Source of the DNA: Chiloscyllium plagiosum
Taxonomy: Eukaryota
Reading direction: 5' to 3'
Assembly: GCF_004010195.1 (NCBI RefSeq)
Contig: NC_057720.1
Coordinates: forward strand, 20,039,680 to 20,103,679
DNA length: 64,000 nt
In this document: positions 1 through 12,234 of the stretch, piece by piece
How positions within the stretch are numbered: position 1 is the stretch's first letter
Layout: each line of letters opens with the position of its first letter
Position numbers and translations under genes: made by a program
Notes under the pieces: model-generated
The model's database searches: none
Seen by the model: only the letters and a program-made list of their open reading frames with translations
Told to the model about the DNA's origin: nothing

Positions 1-84
1 TGGATGCTGCCTGACCTGCTGCGCTTTTCCAGCAACACATTTTCAGCTCTGATCTCCAGCATCTGCAGTCCTCACTTTCTCCTC
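1..84 (+). mobile_element. 3' tail of PLE-derived terminal repeat (pLTR), continues upstream of the window
   Basis: gatgctgcctgacctgctg...atctgcagtcctcactttctcc, the same tail that follows the hammerhead at ~10320 and ~62780. Confidence 0.75.
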
Positions 85-85
85 G

Positions 86-1022
86 AAAGTAGAAGACAAA
101 GGATGATGGCAGAGGGTTGCTTTTCAGATTGGAGGCTTGTGACCAGTGTACCGCAAGGATCGGTGCTGGGACGACAACTTTTTGTCATTGATCGAAGTGA
201 TTTGGATGTGAACATAGGAGGTATGGTTAATCAGTTTGAGATGACACTAAATTGGAGGTGTAGTGCACAGCAAAGAAAGTTATCTCAGAGCACTACAAGG
301 ATCTTGATCAGATGGGCCCATGAGCCAAGAAGTGGCAGATGGAGTTTAATTTAGATAAACTCGAGGTGCCTGCATTTAGGAAAGACAAATCAGGACAGGA
401 CTTATACACTTAATGGTAAGGTCCTGGGGAGTGCTGCTGAACAAAAAGACCTTGCAGTGCAGGTTCCTTGAAAGTGGTGTCTCAGGGACTTAGGATCGTA
501 AATAAGGCATTTGTTATGCTTGCCTTTATTGGTCAGAGCATTGAGAACAGGAGTTAGGCAGTCATTATGTGGCCGTACAGGACATTGGTTAGGCCACTTT
601 TGGAATACTAGGTTAAAAACAATGACTGCAGATGTTGCCTGCAATTCTGGTCTCTCTGCAATAGGATGTTGTGAAACTTGAAAGGGTTCAGAAAAGATTT
701 ACAAGAATGCTAGCAGGGTCAGAGGGTTTGAGCTTGAAGGAAAGGCTGTATAGGCTGGGGCTATTTTCCTGGAGCATCAGAGGCTGAGGGATGACCTTAT
801 TGAAATTTATAAAATCATAAATGTGCTTGAATAGAATAAATAGACAAGGTTTTTTCCCCAGGGTGGGGGAGAGTCCAAACTAGAGGCCATGGGTTTTAAA
901 GTGAGAGAGGAAAGATTTAAAAAGGTTCTAAAAGACAACTTTTTCATGCAGAGGGTGGTGTCTGTATGGAATGAGCTACTGGAGGAAATGGTGGAGGCTG
1001 GTACAATTACAAAATTTAAAAG
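86..1022 (+). mobile_element. CR1 LINE ORF2 (RT) remnant
   Basis: VTSVPQGSVLG and FFMQRVVSVWNEL motifs; frameshifted. Confidence 0.9.
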
Positions 1023-1580
1023 GCCAAAAAAGAGAAATTGCTGGAAAATCTCAGCAAGTCTGGCAGCATCAGTAAGGAGAGAAAAGAGCTGACGTTTCAA
1101 GTCTAACTGACCCTTTGCCAAAGCTAAGAAAAGGAGAAATAGGGAGGTATTTATACTAAGCTGAGAGAAGGTGAAAAAGAGGTGATAATGACAGTGCATG
1201 GAGAGATTATAGGGAGAGTAGGAGCTGTGAATGACCAAGGCTGAAGCCAGTGCTATGTGACAAAATATGGGGGGGAATGGGTGAAGCAGAGGCAAAATGG
1301 AAAACAGGTGAGAAGGGTAGCAAAGGGGGAAGAGGAGAGGAAAAAGATGATGGGAGAGTGGGGAGCGAGAGAAAGAGAGACAATCAAGAAATAAGAGGGA
1401 CAGAACAGTGAAATTTTTTTTAAAAAGATAAATAAGATAAATGAAATAAAATTACGGAGCAGAATGAAAACAGAGAGGTCAAGATGGGATAATCATCTGA
1501 AGTTGTTGAATTCAATGTTGGGACCAGCAGGCTGTAACATGCCTAGTCGGAAGATGAGATGCTGTTCCTCCAGTTTGCGT
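1023..1580 (-). mobile_element. Penelope-like element (Neptune-type) 3' end
   Basis: GIY-YIG C-terminus RKLEEQHLIFRLGMLQPAGPNIEFNNFR*, then a pyrimidine-rich UTR and a degenerate pLTR tail. Confidence 0.75.
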
Positions 1581-1796
1581 TTCCAGTTTCTGATCCCTAT
1601 GGAACACTGCTGCTGACATGCTTCCAGTCCGAAAAGGGTCAAGATGGGATAATCATCTGAAGTTGTTGAATTCAATGTTGGGACCAGCAGGCTGTAACAT
1701 GCCTAGTCGGAAGATGAGATGCTGTTCCTCCAGTTTGCGTTTCCAGTTTCTGATCCCTATGGAACACTGCTGCTGACATGCTTCCAGTCCGAAAAG
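1477..1796. repeat. Perfect 160-bp tandem duplication
   Basis: 1477-1636 is repeated at 1637-1796. Confidence 0.95.
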
Positions 1797-2910
1797 CAAC
1801 CCTCCACCATCACTCTCTGAATTGAATTGAACTGAGTTTGAATTGAATTGAATTTATTCTTGTGTGTACCAAGGCACAGTGGAAAAGCTGTGTCTTGCGA
1901 GCAATACAGGCAGATCACATAGTTAAGTAGCATAGATAAGTAAATAATAGGTAAACAGTGGCAAAAACCAAAACACAGTAACAGGTGAGTAATAAGAGTT
2001 TGTGAGTCCATTCGGTATTCTAATAACAGTCGGGTAGAAACTGTTTTGAAATCGGCTGGTGTGTGTGTTCAGGCTTTTGTACCTTCTCCCCAGTGGTAAA
2101 GATTGTAGAAAAACATTGCTAGGTGGGATGGATCTTTGAGAATGCTGGCAGCCTTTCCTTGACAGCGGGCCTGGTAGATGGATTCTATAGATGGGAAGTT
2201 GGCCTTTGTGAATGTCAAGGCCGAGTTCACCACTCTCTGTAACCGTCTCCAATTTTGAATGGTGCAGTTGCCATACCAGGTAGTGATACATTCAGACAGA
2301 ATGCTCTCAATGATGCACCTATAAAAGTTGGCAAGGGTATTCACCATCATGCCAAGTTTTCTCAGCTGTCTGAGGAAAAACATATGTTGCTGGGCTTTTG
2401 TAACTAGTGCGTCCACATGAAGAGTCCAAGAAAGCTTGTTGTTGATGATCAGGAGCTTGATACTTTCCACTTGTTCCACCTCTGGGCTGTTAAGTTTAGG
2501 AGACATCTGTCTCCTGCCGTTAGGCAAATTATGCATCCAATTGGCAAGCCCACCCTGAATCCCATGTGATCTAACTTTACTAATTAGTCCACCATGCGGA
2601 ACCTTGTCGAAGGCTTTACTAAAGTCCAAGTAAGTAACATCTGCTCTGCCCTTATCACTATTTTTGGTAACATTTTCAAAAATTCAATCGTGTGAGACAC
2701 TATTTTCCTCGCACAAAACCATGCTGACTATCTCTAATCAATTTTTGCCTCTCTAAATGTCCATAAATCCTATCTTTTATAATCACTTCCTACAATTTAC
2801 CCACAACTGAAGCCAGACTCTTGAGTCTATAGTTCCGCTGTTTCTCCTTATAACCTTTCTTAAACAAAGATACAAATTAGCCACCTTCCAGTCATCTTAC
2901 ACCTCACCCT
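1581..2910 (-). mobile_element. CR1 RT remnant split by the Rex1 insertion
   Basis: DFSKAFDKVPHG (2629-2590) continues as RVMVEGCFSDW on the other side of the Rex1 copy. Confidence 0.85.
1820..2500 (-). mobile_element. Rex1/Babar LINE 3' end inserted in a CR1
   Basis: KAQQHMFFLRQLRK...FYRCIIESILSECITTWYGNCT, with an (AATTC)n tail at ~1820-1855. Confidence 0.85.
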
Positions 2911-5900
2911 TATTGCTTTTTATCTCTAAAATTAGAGCTTAGAATATCAGTACCGTGTTCAGTATAAGACAAAGATCATTGTATGATAATTATACCTATT
3001 CTATGTGTTTCAAAGTTAAATGCAAGTGTGTTATGATGCCAAAACCACAATATATAAATACTGTACTATAATCACAAATATCATCTGTTTTTATTTATTA
3101 CTTCTATTTCAGTTTTTTTTATAAGTTTCATTTTATTTTTCCTTCAATCCTAATAATTATGTCTAATAACTATGTGGTAACACTCACCACACATGAATTA
3201 CTTTCTAATTTTCCTGGCTTCTCTTTGGGATATCAAATGATAACTTGGCTGGTATTTTCAGCTGTAGCCAATCAAACTATAGATTGACCAAATGACTGGT
3301 ACTATGAAGAGTTATGCACCAATCTTTTATGCAACATACTTTGTAAGAAAGCTAGTACCTGAAGCAGGTAATATCATTCAGACATGCTGTGCTATGCAAA
3401 GGTGCATAAGGGAAGTGAGATGTTGAAACAATGTGTTTACATGCTGCTAATTTAATTTATTTCTATTTTAAAAGCAGCATTATGAGATAGGTGGTACAAT
3501 CGAAATAAAATGCTAAGTAAATTTACAGTGTTCAGAACAGAATAGAATTAACAGGTTTCAGCAATTGGATCTACTGAAACACAATGTCTCCTTAATAGTT
3601 CTTCCCCAAACATTTTTATTGAAAGTAAGTTGTGAATCAAGTTACATTTAGAAATCAGTCTTTATGAAATTCTAGTGGATGAGCCATAATGATTTGCTTT
3701 CCAGATTTTGCAGTAGATTCAAATATTCTATGCCAATAATACCTAATCACAATCATAGCCAAAATTGCAAGTTGTTCATATTGAGTGATATTCAGACAGA
3801 GGAACATTTAATAAGATTAACATTGTTTTGTCCTTGTACTTCCAGAAATACTGTTCAAAATTCTGTCATAATTAACAAATTGTTTCACATCCTTATCATT
3901 CTCCAGAAAGAAATGTGAGCTATTTGGTGGGAGTTATCGTAACATGTGTGTGGGGATGTTTTATGAGCTGTTATGAATTTGTTTGTATTTCGAAAAATGT
4001 TTTATGTAAAGACACTGGAATCTTAGTTAGTGGTATGTGAATAATTTAGTTGCTACATTCTAGACTTCCAAAATGTGTATTGAAAATGTGATTTGGGTGA
4101 GGTATTTGACATGCAGGAATGCAACTTAGTGGTTTTGATACAGTGTTTTGCATTGTTACCAGAAAGTTAATGTATTGTTAATTTGTAGAATAAAGAAAAA
4201 TCTCTTTTATTTTTGAAATCTTTCATTTAAAAATATATAAACCGCAGGTTTGTTATTTGGAGCAGTTTCTGCCACAGCTCTGAAAATCATTAGTTTTTTA
4301 TATACAAAATGTCTTTTTTATTCATTATGTAATGTGGACATCTCTGTAATTGCCATTGAGAAGGTGGTGGTGAGCTTCCTTTGTGAACTGCTGCAATCTA
4401 TTTTGCATAGGTACACCCACAAAGGCATCAAGGAGTGAGTTTCAGGATTGTGGAATTATATTTCCAGGTCAAGATCGTTAAATGGCTTGGAGGGGGGGGG
4501 GGGGGGGTGTTCTGATGTATCTGCTTCCCGTGTCCTTGTAGATGGCAGTAATTGTGTGTTCAGTAGCTGCTATCTAAGGAATCTTTGTGAATTTCTGCAG
4601 TGCATCTTGAAGATGGTATACACTGATGCTACTGAGTGTTGATATGGTGTTAAACCAGTGGGCTGCTTTGTCGGAGATGGTGCTGAGTGCTGAAGGAGTA
4701 CCTTTTTCCTTAAACAAGTCGTGGATGGGATGCTCTTCAGAGGGTCAGTGTGGATTCGTTGGGCCAAACGGCCTGCTTACACTCTGTAGGGATTCTATGA
4801 TGATGATGATCAAACTTGGTTTTACTGGAAATCACATACCTGAATGTATGGCTGTGAAGAGCTGTGGATATTGTGATGTTGTGGGGATACAGCCAGCTAA
4901 CTGACAGTGAAAAGCTACCCTTTTCACTGCCTTTTTGAGAAAACTAACTTGAGTGTCCACTTTGAGATCTGCAAAGCTAATTCTCCTGAAAAAACTCTTA
5001 AGTTCTCAATGATCCTTGAATAAACTATTAACTGCAAAGGTCCCTGTGCCAATCACCTGCATTTAAGTAACACAGATCTGTTTTGTAGGGCACCAACTAA
5101 AAACCAGCTTGAACATAGACATTTTATCAACTTGCTTTTAAAACTAACAATAGTAGCCAAAGTGTTATTTTCAAAAATAATCTCTGCAAGGAATGTCTTT
5201 TTTCTTTTAATTGGTGTTTGTTTGTTGGCGTAAGCAGAAGGGTAAATATTTACACTTTGCTTTTTCAAACTATATTAATCAACATTACATCTTTGCTAAA
5301 TACAACCTGTATTCATAATAAACCAATAATTGTGCTTCTTCTTGAAATAGACCTGGTTAATGGATCTTTCTATCCTAAATGTAGTATACATATTGCATAT
5401 AATGGTCCATAAGAGTAACTGGATAAAGCACTTAAATTTAAATTTTGACCAGTGAAGTATGAGGACCAGAGGGAGATAGTGCACTCTCCAACCCTGTTTG
5501 TAGAAAGTTGTACTTTATTTTGATGAGATCCAAGTTTAAAATCAATGTCTTTTTTTACATTGAGATAATCTTCATCATGATGGTTTATGATTTATGAAAA
5601 CATCTATTATATTTAATTTTCTCTCCTCTCCTCAAATTACTAACTCATGCTTTTGGTGCCATCCATCAACACCAGTCTGTATGTTGTCATAATTTATTAG
5701 TGACTTCAGTGAACAATCATTTGATCTTGAATATGTTGTCACCTGATTTCTAATTTCATAAACCTGCTTCAGGTTGATTTTATTTTCCCAGGTACCTGAT
5801 ATACTATTATAACATTTGTTTTACTGACATGGTTGAGATCCTAGCATTCAGCACAATCTACAGACAGATGACCATGTTGGTAAGTAAACTAGCCAAGTAT

Positions 5901-6879
5901 TAAAGAGCCTAATCTATAAACTGTGAATTCAAACAAAAACCAACAGCAGTTGGTAGGGTGGCGTTCTTATAGAATAGGTTGATGTCCACCAAAATATTGT
6001 AAAATGATTCAAGTAACCACCATCCTTCTGGCCTGTGACCCAACATATTTTCTATGTTGACACTGCAATGTTAGTGCATTGCACACTGAATATAACTTGA
6101 TCACAAACATTTATAAATTAATCATTTTGTGTTTTCAAACAGGTAATAGAAAGCTCATGCAAGGTTGTAGACAACACATAGATTCTGTTTATGTTTTCAC
6201 TTTCTTTGATTAAAATTTTTATTTTTGATAACTCACTGTAATTACTTTTTCTCCCCTTGTACAATTTCCCAACTGAATAAAAGGCCATAATTAAATTTTA
6301 CTATGTATTGAAAGATAAAGTGGCTATAGTCGCAGAGGACCATAGGGCTGCCCTCTCATTAGGGAGAGATGACTGGTGGTGAGTTCACCTGAGGGTCACC
6401 ATGCCTCAAGTGAAGGGTGAGGTTGAGAAGGCCAGATCTCTGTTGTGAGCTCAGTAGATACATGAAATAGTCACATTCCTAGATTCTATGTTTTGAAAAC
6501 ATTTTAATGATCTAATCAGGTCAGGTAGGTAAATATTTTGGCACATTCAACAAGACCCTCGTGTGTTCCAAGGCAACTCCTTCACTCTATATTTTCAATA
6601 CCACTTGGCACATTAATCCTCACACCATTCTTGCACTCATCCTTCTCCATTTATGCCTTTCTTGCATCCTTATTTGTCCATTCAGTACTGAACCACCTAT
6701 ATCTTTATGCAGTACCATGCCACTCCTTCATGGTTACCCTCAACAAACATTCTCAATCTATCCATTCAACACATGCTTTTGCTCTCACTGAAAGCTTTCT
6801 TCTTTCCTTCCTTCTAGAAGAGAATACAAAAATATGATGATGAAACTGGAGGTAACCTACCAACTATAAAGCTAGACAG

Positions 6880-7352
6880 ACTTGAAAAGAGATTTACTAG
6901 GAAGTTGTTGGGTATAAGGTTTGAATTATAAAGAAAGGCTGGGTAGGCTGGGACATTTTTTCACTGGAGCTCAGGAGGTTGAGAGGTGACCTTTGAAATT
7001 TATAAAATCATCAAGTGTATAGAAAGGGGTAATGGTAAGTGTCCTTTCCCTAGGATGGGAGATTTCAAGACTAGGGATCATATTTTTAAGGTGAGAGGAG
7101 AGAGATTTAAAAAAGACATGAGGGGCAATTTTTTTTACATAGAAGGTGGTTTGAGTGTGGAATGAACTTTCTGAGGAATTGGTGCATGCAGGCACAGTTA
7201 CATTTAAAAGACACTTAAATAAATGCATGAATAGGAAAGGTTTGAAGGATTATGGGCCAGGAACAGGCAAGCGAGACTAATTTAATTTGGGATTATGTTC
7301 GGCATGGACTGGTTGGACCGAAAGGCCATTTTCCATGTTGTTGACTCTATAA
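6880..7352 (+). mobile_element. CR1 3' fragment
   Basis: CR1 ORF2 C-terminal sequence and the ttggaccgaa...gactctat tail. Confidence 0.85.
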
Positions 7353-9151
7353 CTGTTTCATAATTGACAGATGTAAAGATCAGTGCATTCTCAGTGCGCT
7401 TGGCTTTCTGTGAAGAGAAACTACGAGCCTATAACAGAATTAAATTTCAATAATGACAAGGCAGAAAGCAACCATATTGACTTAATGTCAGCAGCTAGTA
7501 AACTATGGTTATTAGCATAATGTTCACTTAAAGCACTCTTGCCTTTACAGCTCTATTTGTGTCATTAATCTCACAAAAGGTCTTCGAATGTCCTGCAGGA
7601 AATGGTGCAAGACAACAATGACAACTCCTCGCAGAAGTCACTCATTCTGAAGATATAGTAATCATATAGACATGCACCAACTCTGATGCTCACACTTCAG
7701 TGGTATGGGATTGGTCAAGAAGAATAGTTGATGTTTCACCTACTGATTCTTATTTGATTTAAGCTTTATTGTCACAGATACTTAAGTACAGAAGGTGAGC
7801 AAGCGCAAATGGTGGTCATAGATTTAGTGGAATTTTTGCATTGGAAGCATGGGACTCTCCGAGCCCAGCTCAGCTGGAGTTTGGAGGCCATTGCTGAGGA
7901 TGGGTTGGACTCCTGATGGCTATCATCAGCCATGCTTTAAGTGGATATTTCTTGATTCCAGGCAGCCAGCTGGTAAATCTATTTTAAGGTGCAAAAATGA
8001 TCAGGGTGGGTCATCTGCTGAAGGAAGAGATTATGACAATTTTCGAGGAATATTGTGCATATTTGGATTAGCATTATGGGGCAAGAAAGAAGTGTTAGGT
8101 TTCAGCACCTATTTGCATACATTCCTGTCCTTTGGTCTTGCTATGTGCCCAGGAAATCCACTTACCCACGAGTAAATTCTGTAAACTATAGTAGTATGTC
8201 TAATTGAACGCCTGCTCCCAAACCCATGAACACTTGCAAGTTAAAATTCACATCAAGACTGGCAAGTAAATGTTGCAAAATTTCCATTCATTTTCTATTA
8301 ATATAGTTTAATCTTTAAAGTGGTATTCTGTTAATTGTTCACAAGAAATAGGTCTTAAGTGTACAGAAAATATACAAGTGGCTTGAGCCCCAAACATTTT
8401 CATTCATTGGTAATTTCTGTGGAAAGAATAGGAAGGACAAAGTTCAGAAACAAACTTCTTGATAACAAGATCCCATTGCATGTCAATTAAATAGAAGTAC
8501 AGATATCAACGAATAATTCAGCATATTAAAGAATTAAGAATATTGTCTTGAAAAATTGTATTTATATGCCATTTAGAAATTGGCATACTATAAAATAAGT
8601 ATGTTAATGTGCTCCTGTACTAATTATGAAGTTTTTTTTTAGGTTTGCTTGTTCAAATGTAGGTTAGACTTAATTTGACAATTTCCAGCAGTGTCTAGAT
8701 TGTCCAAGGTCAAATATTGTGTGACAAGCGGTAGTCTATTGTCCAAGTTTCTATGACATGCACTAGCACGGAAATATAGGATCAGAGTGCAAGGGGAGTG
8801 GGAACGTACAGCTGCAACTTTCCTGAACTGGCAGTTTTCCAAGGCAGTGGTCTTGGTGGATTCTTCTCTTTTCATTGTGTTAGACCATACTCTGAGGAAT
8901 TAACAGGAACGTCACATAACTCACATACTATTCCAGTGATTCATTCTTGAAAGATGTACCTTCTAAATATGAATTTCACAAACAGTATAAATGGCAATTT
9001 TGTTTTTGAATCACTTTACCAATTTATCAATGTTAAATCTGAGATTAACCTGATTTTAAAGGCATCAGCCATATTGTTGTTAATTAGGTCCCTCTAGTGA
9101 CACATTTTGAACATTGCACTATTAATGACAAAGTTGCCTTGGTACTAATTT

Positions 9152-9336
9152 TCGAGGAGAAAGTGAGGTCTGCAGATGCTGGAGATCAAAGTTGAAACTT
9201 TATTGCTGGAACAGCACAGCAGGTCAGGCAGCATCCAGGGAACAGGAGATTCGACGTTTCGGGCACAGGCCCTTCTTCAGGAATGAGCAGAGAGTGTTCA
9301 GCCGGAGAAGATAAAAGGTAGGGAGGAGGGACTTGG
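9152..9336 (-). mobile_element. PLE pLTR fragment with hammerhead
   Basis: 9185-9336 matches 11767-11918 with one mismatch. Confidence 0.85.
9249..9284 (-). ncRNA. Minimal type I hammerhead ribozyme motif
   Basis: Minus strand reads ATTC-CTGAAGA-A-GGGC(CTGT)GCCC-GAAAC-GTC-GAAT. Confidence 0.75.
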
Positions 9337-9482
9337 CTAAATTGTCATAATGTTCAGGTTAGGTGCATTAGTCACGGGTAAGTATAGGATAATAGGATAG
9401 GGGAATGGATCTTCAGAAGATTGGTGTGGATTTGTTGAGCTGAAGGGCCTGTTTCCACACTGTAGGGATTCTATGATTCTAT
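9337..9482 (+). mobile_element. HE1-type SINE 3' half
   Basis: ctaaattg...gaagggcctgtttccacactgtagggattctatgattctat. Confidence 0.75.
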
Positions 9483-9499
9483 CCTCTCAAGTGGAGGGA

Positions 9500-9700
9500 G
9501 AAGATACCATAGCACAATTTTAAAGAATAGTAAGGGAGTTAACCCTGGAGTCCTGACCAATCAACATTGCAAAAGCAGGTCACTTGGCAACTATCATATT
9601 GCTGTTTGTGGGAGCTTATTGTGCCCTGTTTCATTGGCTGAGTAAAAAAAATTTCATTGACCGTAATGAGCCTTGCTGAGGTTCATACAAATGTGACTTT
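9500..9700 (+). mobile_element. Deu-SINE (SacSINE1/AmnSINE1-like) remnant
   Basis: aagataccatagcac...ccctggagtcctgaccaa...gtttgtgggagctt resembles the Deu domain. Confidence 0.55.
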
Positions 9701-10014
9701 CTTTCTTTATGTATTCTATTTATTCATTAACAACTTCACTGAGGGGTGGCACTACAAACAATCCATCTCTACCTTAATGATATTGTTGCATTACCTTGTA
9801 AGATTGACACCCAAATCTTCCCATCGCAGATATAAAGGTCTTTCTTGAAAACATCAAACCAGAGACGGCTGGCTTCAGTCTCAGTGCAGGGTGGGTGGCT
9901 TCCAATTGTCACCTTCATGTCTGTTTCTGATTTCAACACAAGAGGAGATCAACAACGTTCGTATTTACCAGAGACGAGTCATTGAGTTAGACACTGTGTG
10001 GCTTCACTATGGCT

Positions 10015-10362
10015 AGGAGAAAGTGAGGTCTGCAGATGCTGGAGATCAGAGCTGAAAATTTCATTTCCCCTCCTCCCACCTTGTCTCAGTCAAATCCATC
10101 GAACTCAGCACCGCCTTCCTAACCTGCAATCTTCTTCCCGACCTCTCCGCCCCCACCCCAGTCTGGCCTATCACCCTCACCTTGACCTCTTTCCACCTAT
10201 CACATTTCCGACGCCCCTCCCCCAAGTCCCTCCTCCCTACCTTTTATCTTAGCCTGCTGGACAAACTTTCCTCATTCCTGAAGAAGGGTTTATGCCCGAA
10301 ACGTCGATTCTCCTGTTCCCTGGATGCTGCCTGACCTGCTGCGCTTTTCCAGCAACACATTC
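10015..10362 (+). mobile_element. PLE pLTR with short inverted tail at its 5' side
   Basis: Inverted tail 10015-10058, then pLTR body, hammerhead and tail. Confidence 0.8.
10274..10309 (+). ncRNA. Minimal type I hammerhead ribozyme motif
   Basis: ATTC-CTGAAGA-A-GGGT(TTAT)GCCC-GAAAC-GTC-GATT. Confidence 0.7.
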
Positions 10363-10389
10363 CAATCCAGTGAGGGAAGTTGGAAGATT

Positions 10390-10895
10390 TAAGCTGCTAT
10401 CTTTTTGACGAGAGCCTACTAAGTGAAGGCCTGTCTGTCCTCTAATGTAGACATAGAAGAGCCAATGGCACTATTTTTAATAAGAGTTATAGATACATAG
10501 AAAACACAGTAAGATTTCATGCACAGAAGGTAGTCGTCTGGCACATTATGTCCATACCAGTCGATGAATACCTCGTCACACTAATCCCACTCTCCAAATT
10601 TTGATTCCTAAACCCATTGACTGTTCCACCGCATGTTTTAATGTGATTATGGTTTTTGCCTGTATTACCCTTTGAACTCGTGGGTTCCAGAACCTCACCA
10701 CTGATGAGAAAGTTGTTCCAGGTGTCATAGTCAATATTTTTTCAATAATTAGTACAGCATTTCTTTTTGTGGGAGCTTGCTACATGTAAATTGCCTGCTA
10801 TGTGTCAACACTGACTGTACTTCCAAAGTACTTTATTGGCTGTAAAGCATTTTGGATCTTTCTGTGGCCATAACAGTTACTATATAAATGCAATT
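10390..10895 (+). mobile_element. Deu-SINE remnant interrupted by a CR1 tail
   Basis: ccaatggcactattt ... tgtgggagcttgct ... aaagtactttattggctgtaaagcattttgg ... ctatataaatgcaa. Confidence 0.6.
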
Positions 10896-11830
10896 TAATT
10901 TTAATAACTCAATAGTTACTCATAGAAATCTAATGTTATATCACTGGGATGCTTTTTTGCCATTATTATGGCAATAATGTTTTTTTCAAATTTAAAAAAA
11001 AGTTATGATATTTCAGCTACTTTAATCCCATGTGTATCACTGATGATTTGTATTTACTCTGTGGAAATTTTAATTGAGTAGAAGATTTTACTGCATTTTA
11101 CTTTCTGATTTGCTGTTTGAGAATACTTCAGTGTAATTGGCTGCCAACTCCCTGCGGTGATATCACTGTTACTGTATGCCTAGTGTTTGTCTTGATCTTG
11201 CACATATCAAGAAAGGGAAACTTCATGCCTCAGAGATCACTAGATAGCAGAAAATCCCTTTAATACTTCAAAGTACTCTTTTGGTATGATCCTAGATATT
11301 GAATATTGTTAGATATTATTACTGGAGCGAATCATAGATTTACATTTAAATAGTTCCCATTTCTGTCTTTGTTCACTCCTTTCCTCAGCAATATTTTGTG
11401 TTTGATTTTGTCTACTTTCTGTGGTTTTATTTACCCTAATGAAGAAGAGCATATCTTCTCAACATCACAACTATTGATCTCACCCTGCTTGGCTGTTGTA
11501 TGGAACCCCCTACGTGTTAACCCCTTAAAGCCAAATACATAACAATATTGTCAAATTTGATGGAATTTTAATGCATTTACTTTAGGGGAAATTTGGCATG
11601 TTAATATGCTGCAGTTTTTCTTATCTGCGATGTTTTGTGTTATGTTGCTGAAAATATTACTGATGAAATACTTAGCAGTTGTAGTAAAATCATGCGTATA
11701 CTTAGGATGAAGAAGATTATGAGTACCACATATGCTTGGTCCAGTTCTTGTTGGATTCATTTGGATATCAAAGTTGAAACTTTATTGCTGGAACAGCACA
11801 GCAGGTCAGGCAGCATCCAGGGAACAGGAG

Positions 11831-11866
11831 ATTCGACGTTTCGGGCACAGGCCCTTCTTCAGGAAT
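11831..11866 (-). ncRNA. Hammerhead motif, left palindrome arm
   Basis: Reverse complement of 12049-12084. Confidence 0.75.
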
Positions 11867-12048
11867 GAGCAGAGAGTGTTCAGCAGGAGAAGATAAAAGG
11901 TAGGGAGGAGGGACTTGGAGGAGGGGCGTTGGAAATGTGATAGGTGGAAAGAGGTCAAGACCTCTTTCCACCTATCACATTTCCAACGCCCCTCCTCCAA
12001 GTCCCTCCTCCCTACCTTTTATCTTCTCCTGCTGAACACTCTCTGCTC

Positions 12049-12084
12049 ATTCCTGAAGAAGGGCCTGTGCCCGAAACGTCGAAT
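12049..12084 (+). ncRNA. Hammerhead motif, right palindrome arm
   Basis: ATTC-CTGAAGA-A-GGGC(CTGT)GCCC-GAAAC-GTC-GAAT. Confidence 0.75.
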
Positions 12085-12234
12085 CTCCTGTTCCCTGGAT
12101 GCTGCCTGACCTGCTGTGCTGTTCCAGCAATAAAGTTTCAACTTTGGTACTAATTTGCAAATGGAATTGTATTAGTGTGGTAAAACTAATTAAGTTGTTT
12201 TTGATGAACTGAATTGCTTACTGAAGTATTCATA

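Larger units (their letters stand above)
11769..12146. repeat. Perfect inverted repeat (188-bp arms, 2-nt AA loop) made of two head-to-head PLE pLTRs
   Basis: 11769-11956 is the reverse complement of 11959-12146; the ORF track gives mirror-image peptides on the two strands. Confidence 0.97.

Noticed and set aside
11430..11480. Minus-strand DVEKICSS resembling ABCD3 DVEKFCNS
   Set aside because: Flanking residues do not match and a stop follows; chance similarity.
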